From Promethearchaeota archaeon (GTDB taxonomy: Archaea > Asgardarchaeota > Heimdallarchaeia > Hodarchaeales > Hodarchaeaceae): a DNA stretch of 64,000 nt. The position numbers and the translations under genes were made by a program. Each line of letters begins with the position of its first letter. Positions within the stretch are counted from its first letter, which is position 1. The notes beneath the pieces are model-generated. The model did not search any database. It was not told where the DNA came from and saw only the letters and a program-made list of their open reading frames with translations. The stretch is taken from NCBI GenBank assembly GCA_048939725.1, contig JBHLPG010000001.1, positions 31,782 to 95,781 of the forward strand, in the 5' to 3' direction. Positions 55,078 to 62,178 of this stretch are shown here, piece by piece.

Positions 55078-55668
55078 TCAAGTCATCTTAACAATTTGAG
55101 ATTCTTTAGTACCATAAAGTTGAATCATGATAATCTCACGAGCTAATGACTGAAATGCCCGTTTAACGCCGAGACCTGTGGTTGCAACGGTTTCATATAT
55201 AGGATAAACTTGGATTTGCAATTTTTGGATTAATTCTGATCGTGGTAATGCATCCTCAACATCACGTTTGTTCAAAGTAATTACAAGAGGGATTACCGTT
55301 CCTAACTGGTCACCTAAATGCGTTTTTAGTTCATTAAATGATTCCATATTCTCTTGAAATTGAGAAGCGCTAGAATCAACAACGAAAATAAGGCCATCTA
55401 CACCTTGGAGCACTATTTTTCGTTGATGTTTATGCCTTTCTTGTCCTGCAGTAGTGTAAACGTCAAAAACAACTCCAGTGGTTGCCTGCATAGGAACAAA
55501 ATCGAAGAATAGTGTCCGTCCTGTTGGATCTGCTAATTGCGTGAACTTACCTTTTTCCAATCCATCTACTTTGTTATATAACCAAGCTAGCGTCGATGTT
55601 TTTCCTCCCAAAGATGGTCCGTAGAAAACAATTTTGAATCGGTGACGACCTTCTGCGTCCTTTCTCAA
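55078..55668 (-). CDS. mglA: MglA-family small Ras-like GTPase
   Basis: 196 aa. FKIVFYGPSLGGKTS (G1), GRTLFFDFVP (switch 1 with the MglA-type Arg), TTAGQE (G3), NKRD (G4). Nearly collinear with Myxococcus MglA as recalled. Confidence 0.8.
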   Translation of the reverse strand: MRKDAEGRHRFKIVFYGPSLGGKTSTLAWLYNKVDGLEKGKFTQLADPTGRTLFFDFVPMQATTGVVFDVYTTAGQERHKHQRKIVLQGVDGLIFVVDSSASQFQENMESFNELKTHLGDQLGTVIPLVITLNKRDVEDALPRSELIQKLQIQVYPIYETVATTGLGVKRAFQSLAREIIMIQLYGTKESQIVKMT

Positions 55669-55692
55669 GTAAAAATCTCCTCTGCAGGAGGA

Positions 55693-56187
55693 TTAGAATT
55701 TTTCAAGCTCTCGAAGTGCTGCTTCTAGTTCATCTTTTTCCAGACTAGTCCGTACCTCAGGAGCTGCAGAAGCCATCCCTCCAATAGATCGTGTTGGTTT
55801 TCCTGCTAAGAACTCATCTAAAATACTACTAAGCTCTTCGTTTGCCTTTCTCATGAGTAGACGAATCATTCCAATATTAACTTCAGCATCAGAAATAATT
55901 GTAAGAATTCCCCGACCACAGGTACTTGCAAAGATTTTACCCGTATCAAATTCTGATGTAACGATATCTAATCCGCCAATTGTCAGATTTATTCCCTGTT
56001 CAGCTGAAGCCATGAACACAGCTGAAGCTATGGCCCCGATCCCATCCACATCAACACTGACGTAGCTAAATTTAGAAACATGCGCAATAGTGAGACCAGT
56101 TCGATCAACAAGTATCACTTTTTTGATACCTGGTTCGCTTTTAATGATTTTACTGAGTACAGTGTCAAATCTTCTGGGGTCTATCAT
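55693..56187 (-). CDS. mglB: Roadblock/LC7 domain protein with C-terminal helical extension (MglB-like)
   Basis: 164 aa. KVILVDRTGLTIAHVSK...IFASTCGRGILTIISD Roadblock core plus a ~45-aa tail ending in DELEAALRELEKF. Lies 24 nt upstream of the GTPase gene. Confidence 0.75.
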   Translation of the reverse strand: MIDPRRFDTVLSKIIKSEPGIKKVILVDRTGLTIAHVSKFSYVSVDVDGIGAIASAVFMASAEQGINLTIGGLDIVTSEFDTGKIFASTCGRGILTIISDAEVNIGMIRLLMRKANEELSSILDEFLAGKPTRSIGGMASAAPEVRTSLEKDELEAALRELEKF

Positions 56188-56325
56188 TTAATGTCACCCT
56201 AGTTGTCCACAATTCAAAATCATTATTGATTATTAATAAATTTAGCTCATTGCATAAAGAAGGTCAAATTATTAAAAAGCAGCATCTTGTGTACTATATC
56301 ATCATTATCTTTAGTTTAACAACAT

Positions 56326-57153
56326 TTATAAAAAAATCACCATGAGTAATAAAATAAGATTGCCAAAAAGAGCATCAATAATAAACCCTAATAACAAAAT
56401 TAAAATGAATGGGAGAGAAGGTTGAATCCAAATAAAAGACTTATCTTTGGATTGAATTAAAGAGATTAGTTCCTGCTTTCTATTAAAATCAGCTTCAGGG
56501 GTATCTAGACGTGTTCGGAACTCTACCCGCCAGCCAATATCCTCATTAAATCTTTCCATAAAATCAAAATGCCACGGTTTCTCCATGAGCTCTTTTTCAA
56601 GATTACGGGTTTGGTGAGGAAAGCCAATAAAGCGAATAAAAAGTCGTGTCCATCTAGATTCGTTTGAAAGAATATAAAGATCTGGATGTAAGCGTTGATA
56701 AGCAAAATTGTAACAAAATAACAATATTGGGACAGGAAACACAATTAAATAAGCATTGAAGAACACATTAAAGATTTTTGGAGTAATAGTAATAAGAATT
56801 TCATATGATTGTTCATGAAAGAGAATTATTGGGAGTGAGATCGGGGAGGCGATCCCAATTGCAATATAGGCTATCCTATCAGCCTCACCTCCCAATCCTG
56901 AAAAAGTTAGAAACAATGCTAGGGTAACTGCAAAAATGAAATTAATTGACACGGATATAATGTAATTGATCGGTGATTCATTTTCCAGAATTCGTATGAC
57001 AATTTGTACCAAATGGAATATGATTCCTCCTCCAATCATGATCAACCAAATCCAGTCAGCTACTTCTCGACTCTTGATATCTTGCCATGATCCGATTATC
57101 AATAAAAAAATGGTAAAAATTAATAGAATCACATTTAACTCTGATCCAACCAT
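56326..57153 (-). CDS. A24-family prepilin/preflagellin peptidase with an inserted soluble segment
   Basis: 275 aa, polytopic. First Asp motif WQDIKSREVAD, second GLGGEADRIAY. A ~90-aa hydrophilic insertion precedes the last TM. Confidence 0.6.
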   Translation of the reverse strand: MVGSELNVILLIFTIFLLIIGSWQDIKSREVADWIWLIMIGGGIIFHLVQIVIRILENESPINYIISVSINFIFAVTLALFLTFSGLGGEADRIAYIAIGIASPISLPIILFHEQSYEILITITPKIFNVFFNAYLIVFPVPILLFCYNFAYQRLHPDLYILSNESRWTRLFIRFIGFPHQTRNLEKELMEKPWHFDFMERFNEDIGWRVEFRTRLDTPEADFNRKQELISLIQSKDKSFIWIQPSLPFILILLLGFIIDALFGNLILLLMVIFL

Positions 57154-57344
57154 AATAAAACCAACTTTTTTCTGATCAGCTTGTAGATATCAATTGGTTA
57201 TTTCCACTAACTTTTTCTGAGTGAATTATTTAAGGCCTTTAGATTTTTATCACTTAGTACAAAAGAATTAATCTTCTAGGAATTGCATAATTTTATTAAT
57301 CTAGACTTTTTTAAGCGCCTGATACTAAAGGGCCTTTTTAATTA

Positions 57345-57497
57345 GCCACTGTGGCTTAGTTTTTGGATAGATGGCTTAATTTAAAAGCGTCTACCAAATA
57401 GAGTAGCCGGGTTATAGCGCCTCCTTGGTATTTTTATCTCCATTTCGGAAGAAAAACATACAGGAGGATGTCGTGGGTTCAAATCCCACCAGTGGCT
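57345..57497 (+). tRNA. tRNA-Thr(GGT) with two introns (D-loop ~57360..57406; canonical 37/38 at 57431..57461)
   Basis: Exons join to GCCACTG-TG-GCTT-AGCCGGGTTA-TAGC-G-CCTCC-TTGGTAA-GGAGG-ATGTC-GTGGG-TTCAAAT-CCCAC-CAGTGGC-T (75 nt). The acceptor, anticodon and T stems pair fully. Intron 1 folds on itself (TTTGGATAGA/TCTACCAAA). Confidence 0.75.
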
Positions 57498-57572
57498 CTT
57501 TTTAAATAGATATTTTGTATACCCTAATAACTCAACTAAAATTTTAATCATAACAGTAGAAGGGGCAATCAT

Positions 57573-58187
57573 TTGGATTATGAAGAGCTTTTCAAGATAT
57601 GGAAAGCGGAAAAAGCCAACCCGGCACTTCTAGAAATACCAGCTGATTTCTATATTTCCATGGATGGGAAATTAACAAAGCTCTATCAAAAAACACAAAA
57701 CTTAGAATGGGAAGAACTAGCTGATGCAATAATTGAACGAATGGAGTTTCTTAGAAAGGATATTGCACAGTTACGATTAACAAAAATATTAAATTCGATT
57801 ATATATAATACGCCTATCAATTTGGAGCATACCACATGGGGAGAACGGCGATTAGTCAAAGATTTAAGAAATTCTATTGAAATGCTTGGCATGGAGAAAC
57901 CAAACATTTTAGATACTCAGGAAAATTTGGCTATCACGAATCTGCAGAACGATTCAAATGAAGACTCTAGTCAAATAGAGGAGAATAGTGATACTATTCC
58001 CCCATCCTCACAGAATCTAACTATAAGGATTCTCGATGATGTTGAAGCCTTTATTGGGCTGGATATGAAGCGATATGGTCCCTTAATTAGGCATGATATT
58101 GTTCATCTGCCCGTAGAAAATGCTAAAGCACTCATTGCGAGAGGAATGGCAAGATTGATAGAAACAAAGATAGAAGAAACCAGGTGA
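57573..58187 (+). CDS. GINS subunit (Gins51/Sld5-Psf1-like, A-B domain order)
   Basis: 204 aa. N-terminal helical A domain (LLEIPADFY...RMEFLRKDIAQLRLTKIL) and C-terminal B domain (VRILDDVEAFIGLDMKRYGPL..DIVHLP..NAKALI). TTG start. Confidence 0.6.
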   Translation: MDYEELFKIWKAEKANPALLEIPADFYISMDGKLTKLYQKTQNLEWEELADAIIERMEFLRKDIAQLRLTKILNSIIYNTPINLEHTTWGERRLVKDLRNSIEMLGMEKPNILDTQENLAITNLQNDSNEDSSQIEENSDTIPPSSQNLTIRILDDVEAFIGLDMKRYGPLIRHDIVHLPVENAKALIARGMARLIETKIEETR

Positions 58188-58193
58188 AAATTC

Positions 58194-58382
58194 GTGAGAA
58201 GACGTTATATACCTCAACCGCGTTCAAAATTCTTAAAAATCACATGTGAGTGTGGAAATGTTCAAGAAGTCTTTTCTCATGCCACATCCAAGATTACTTG
58301 TCGCGTATGTGGAAAAACACTAGCAGAACCTAGTGGTGGAATAGCAAAATTATATGGGGAAGTAATAGAAGTATTAGACTGA
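58194..58382 (+). CDS. rps27e: 30S ribosomal protein eS27
   Basis: 62 aa. SKFLKITCECGNVQEVFSHATSKITCRVCGKTLAEPSGG. GTG start 6 nt after AGGTGA. Confidence 0.92.
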   Translation: MRRRYIPQPRSKFLKITCECGNVQEVFSHATSKITCRVCGKTLAEPSGGIAKLYGEVIEVLD

Positions 58383-58396
58383 GAAGAGGTGATTAA

Positions 58397-59182
58397 ATGG
58401 AGATTGGCTTCCCAAGTGTAGGAGAATTAGTAATTGGTACATGCTCAAAGCTTACTCCTCATGGTGCTTATTTTGAGATTTTTGATTACGAAAAATTAGG
58501 TTCGGAAGCAGGATTCGTACATATCTCAGAGTTGAGTCGTACGTGGGTTCGAAACATTCGTAGTCACATTCGGGAAGGCCAAAGAGCTGTAGCAAAGATT
58601 CTTCGTGTTGATACTGCTCGTGGGGAGATAGATATGTCCATTCGTCGTGTTTCGGAGCCACAACGAAGGTCAAAACTCACTGAATTCAAACAGGAAAATC
58701 GTGCGAGAGGGTTAATCTCAGTTGCTTGTGAGAAAGTCGAGGGCTCTCTCGATGGTGTTGAAGAATCTATTATAGGTAAATTTGGTTCTATATATGAAGG
58801 TTTGGTCCAAGCAAGGGAAAATGGAGAGAATATTCTCATAGAAATTGGTATTCCTGATGTAGTTGCCAAAGAAATTTATCAGCTGGCATTGAAAGAATTA
58901 CAACCTCCGACTGTTCGACTTACTGGTCTTGTAAATATAACATGTTATGAACCTGAAGGAGTGATTATTTTAACGAATTTTTTCAAAACATTTAATAAAA
59001 ATTTTAAGAAAAAATATAAGGGTTCAGAACTAAATATTCAGGTTATTTCTCCTCCTGATTATCGATTTGTGGTTGAAAGTGGGGATTGGAGAACTGCAGA
59101 AGGGATTTGGAAGGATGTTCAAGATGAGGCGGAGAAATTCTTTCGCCCTTATGATGCGGAATATTCTTTTGAAAGACAATAA
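58397..59182 (+). CDS. eif2a: translation initiation factor aIF2 alpha
   Basis: 261 aa. N-terminal S1 domain (GELVIGTCSKLTPHGAYFEI...GFVHISELS). Conserved rps27e-eif2a-nop10 order. Confidence 0.92.
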   Translation: MEIGFPSVGELVIGTCSKLTPHGAYFEIFDYEKLGSEAGFVHISELSRTWVRNIRSHIREGQRAVAKILRVDTARGEIDMSIRRVSEPQRRSKLTEFKQENRARGLISVACEKVEGSLDGVEESIIGKFGSIYEGLVQARENGENILIEIGIPDVVAKEIYQLALKELQPPTVRLTGLVNITCYEPEGVIILTNFFKTFNKNFKKKYKGSELNIQVISPPDYRFVVESGDWRTAEGIWKDVQDEAEKFFRPYDAEYSFERQ

Positions 59183-59199
59183 AACAATCGGAGATACAT

Positions 59200-59373
59200 A
59201 TGCGCCTGTTAAGAAAGTGTACCTGTAGCTATACTATTGATCAATCAAAAGAATTTTGTAATAAATGTGGGGAAAGATTTCATAGCGCTTATCCTCCAAA
59301 ATTTTCTCCTTATGACAAATATGCTGATTATAGACGAAAAATGAAAGAACTTGCTAAACAACGGGGATCATAG
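59200..59373 (+). CDS. nop10: H/ACA RNP protein Nop10
   Basis: 57-aa ORF missing from the ORF track: MRLLRKCTCSYTIDQSKEFCNKCGERFHSAYPPKFSPYDKYADYRRKMKELAKQRGS (Zn ribbon plus PxFSPxDxYxxYR). Confidence 0.88.
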   Translation: MRLLRKCTCSYTIDQSKEFCNKCGERFHSAYPPKFSPYDKYADYRRKMKELAKQRGS

Positions 59374-59879
59374 TGACAGAACAATCATCCATTATCATCC
59401 GAAGGTTCGAATTAAAAGATTTAGATCAGGTTATGGAGATTAATAGGCAAACATTGCCAGAGAATTATCCAGAAAGTTTCTTTCGGACAATCTATGCAGA
59501 ATTACCATCTGCTTTCTTAATTGCAGAGTTAAATGGAGAGTTAATTGGTTATACAATGGCTCGGATTGAGAGAGGGTTAAGTCATTATTCTCTTTTTCAT
59601 CGTTCAAAAAAAGGACATACTGTAAGTATTGCAATAAAGCCAGAATATAGAAGAAAAGGTTTCGCGTCTGAACTCTTAAAAAAATCTATGGAAGCAATGA
59701 CGGAAAAAGGAGCAAATGAGCTTTATTTAGAAGTTCGAGTGTCAAATGACGCGGCAGTACGTCTCTATAAATCTTTGGGTTATGAAATCTTAAAAGAAAT
59801 ACGTCACTATTATCGAGACTTTGAATCGGCGTATCTAATGGTTCAAAAAGTTTCTAAAACCTCATCAAATAATACGTGA
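59373..59879 (+). CDS. rimI: GNAT N-alpha-acetyltransferase (RimI/Ard1-like)
   Basis: 168 aa. The acetyl-CoA motif SIAIKPEYRRKGFASELLKKS. The GTG start overlaps the nop10 stop. Confidence 0.8.
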   Translation: MTEQSSIIIRRFELKDLDQVMEINRQTLPENYPESFFRTIYAELPSAFLIAELNGELIGYTMARIERGLSHYSLFHRSKKGHTVSIAIKPEYRRKGFASELLKKSMEAMTEKGANELYLEVRVSNDAAVRLYKSLGYEILKEIRHYYRDFESAYLMVQKVSKTSSNNT

Positions 59880-60263
59880 ATTAAGTATCGCGTTAAATTA
59901 GCATATTTAAGTAAAATCAACGTTTTTAACTTATTAAAGCGCTGTAGAATAGAGAAAGGGGGCTATCTCTTCATTTTAAGAACTTAAATCTGGAATAATT
60001 GCAGTGAATCGTAGAGTACACAACTGGATCTTAGAGACCAATTCTAATCTCATTAACAAGAACGAAGATAAGGATTATGTGTTTGAAAAAAGTTGAATAA
60101 TCAAGGCTCATGTCAGAAAACGCCTTAACATAAAGCTTTAAAAAGATTGAAAACGTGACTTATGCAAATATTAGTGGAGTATCTAATTCAGAGTGCCTGT
60201 TATGGTTGAGCTGAAATTTTCTTTTCGAAATCAGCAATATATCAAAGTATGGAGATTTAATTC

Positions 60264-61250
60264 ATGAAAGAATACTTCTTGAAAGCCAGTAATGCCTTGA
60301 CCCGCTTGAATAGCAGTGTTTCAACCAATGCAAGAAGTGCTGCTGATATAACGATTAAAATCTACACGCGATTTGAAGAAATTCGATACATGAGCGAAAC
60401 TATACCTGACTTTATTCTTCACCCTGACCAAACAATGTCCAATCTTAAATCGAGCGGTGAAATAAAGGTGGCACAGCTCCTTGCATCAATTCTCTGTGAA
60501 CGAATAACAGACCAATCAACCCGATTAGCCGAGGGACTTGATTTTGGTGAGGAGGATTTGGATGTTCGTGAGGAAATTCGTGAAATTCGAGAACAAATCT
60601 CCCGGTTAAATGAAGTCGTTCAAGTTCAAAAGAAATTAGCTGATGGAGCTCCTGTTTCTACAGAAAACATTAAGGACTTACAAAAGAAATATGAAACACG
60701 AATAAAACAACTAGAACAGGAGTTACTACGAAAAGAGGGTCGAGCTTTGACTGTCACAGCTTTAGATGCTACCAAAAAGCCTAAATTATTCGGAAAGGCC
60801 AAGTTTGAGCAAACTATTGATGATTTAATTCTTGAGTACGGAAAAAATCTTCGTGCGAGTTCTGGCGGATATATTTCGCTTGCAAATCTCTATACAGCCC
60901 TAAAAACTCAAGTTCCTGACGTTAAATTCTCCACAAAGGATCTAGAGAATTCATGTAAACGTCTAAAAAAACAGGCTCTCATAGAAGGAGTTTCCAAAAG
61001 AGCGGGAGTAAAAATCGTGGAATTTGTTCCTGTTGCATTAGGAGGTGATGCAAGAAAGGTTTTTGATTTAGCTGTTAATAAGGGATATATAACCTTAGAG
61101 GAGGTTGTATTGGGAACAAAATGGGATCAACAGCGTGTGATGAGAGTTCTTGACAGTTTAGTTGAACAGAAAATAGCTCGAAAAGTCTCGTCTCTTGATA
61201 CAGGGGATCAATATTATTTTCCAGGATTATATGGAGATAATGGTTGGTAG
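60264..61250 (+). CDS. EAP30-domain (ESCRT-II Vps22/Vps36-like) protein with N-terminal coiled-coil extension
   Basis: 328 aa. The C-terminal ~135 aa (GGYISLANLY...VSKRAGVKIVEFVP...KGYITLEEVVLGTKWDQQRVMRVLDSLVEQKIA...QYYFPGLY) are collinear with the two winged helices of SNF8/EAP30, as recalled. Confidence 0.6.
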   Translation: MKEYFLKASNALTRLNSSVSTNARSAADITIKIYTRFEEIRYMSETIPDFILHPDQTMSNLKSSGEIKVAQLLASILCERITDQSTRLAEGLDFGEEDLDVREEIREIREQISRLNEVVQVQKKLADGAPVSTENIKDLQKKYETRIKQLEQELLRKEGRALTVTALDATKKPKLFGKAKFEQTIDDLILEYGKNLRASSGGYISLANLYTALKTQVPDVKFSTKDLENSCKRLKKQALIEGVSKRAGVKIVEFVPVALGGDARKVFDLAVNKGYITLEEVVLGTKWDQQRVMRVLDSLVEQKIARKVSSLDTGDQYYFPGLYGDNGW

Positions 61251-61260
61251 GTGAAATTTA

Positions 61261-62151
61261 ATGGCCGAAGTAGAGAAGTATGGTGGATTATTTCGCAGAA
61301 TAGGCGATGCAGTACATATTGGTACAAAAAAATTTAAAGGAAAAGCAATCTTAGGTTCAGACTTTGAATCAGAAACAGAAAGTTCTTTGATTAGTAGGAT
61401 TAAATCTGAAGATTATGATAGTTTTCGTAAGTATGATGGATTTATAGTAAAAGATCCTGAAAATGCGATTTTATTGCAATCTGGATCCTTAGTAGGAGTT
61501 GCAGGAAGTGGAATTTATCAGCTCGAGAAGAATGCTAAACAGCCAGGCAGTGAAATCATCTGGGTAACTAAACGCGAATTCATCATTAAATGGGGTTCAC
61601 CTGGAGTTTATACCTCTGATAATATTATTATAGGCTGTTATGGGATTTCTAGGATGAGGGTGGTCAATCCCCGAAACTTCATTATGAATGTGGTTTCGCA
61701 TAAACAGTACTATTCTGGAAACGAGTTAAAAAATTGGGTTAAACAAACAATAATTGCAGCTGTGAAACATGTAATGTCTCGTTATACAATACCAGAATTA
61801 CTTAAAGAGCGTCGAAGCTTAGAAATCCAAACTCGATCAGAGCTTGGCCCTGAGACTTCTCGGTGGGGCCTAGAACTAGTAGGATTAGACATAGGAGGTT
61901 TTAAGGTTCCTGATGAATATCAGGCCTTATTATCATATGAAATTGAAAAACAAGTTCTAGAACAACAGCAGGAATTAGCAGAACAAAGAAAGGAACTCGA
62001 TGTTGTTGTAGAAAAAGTGAAGAAATATGAACAAATGCTTGAACAAGCAGATGAAATGTTTTTAAAAGGAAAAATATCAGAAGAAAAGTACAAAGAGCTG
62101 ACTGATAAATATTCCAAGAAGTTAGCTCAAGTAAAAGCTCAGCAATTATGA
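61261..62151 (+). CDS. SPFH/Band-7 family protein (YdjI-like) with C-terminal coiled coil
   Basis: 296 aa. FIVKDPENAILLQSGSLVGVAGSGIYQL ... RWGLELVGLDIGGFKVPDEY fits the SPFH pattern. AGGTGA lies 6 nt upstream of the ATG, 10 nt after the EAP30-like stop. Confidence 0.6.
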   Translation: MAEVEKYGGLFRRIGDAVHIGTKKFKGKAILGSDFESETESSLISRIKSEDYDSFRKYDGFIVKDPENAILLQSGSLVGVAGSGIYQLEKNAKQPGSEIIWVTKREFIIKWGSPGVYTSDNIIIGCYGISRMRVVNPRNFIMNVVSHKQYYSGNELKNWVKQTIIAAVKHVMSRYTIPELLKERRSLEIQTRSELGPETSRWGLELVGLDIGGFKVPDEYQALLSYEIEKQVLEQQQELAEQRKELDVVVEKVKKYEQMLEQADEMFLKGKISEEKYKELTDKYSKKLAQVKAQQL

Positions 62152-62178
62152 TTCTTGAAAGAATCCCTTACCCTATTC

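Noticed and set aside
57381-57572. 63-aa minus-strand ORF in the ORF track
   Set aside because: It lies antisense over the two-intron tRNA-Thr gene and its flank. The tRNA explains the region, and the ORF has no start context or recognisable features.
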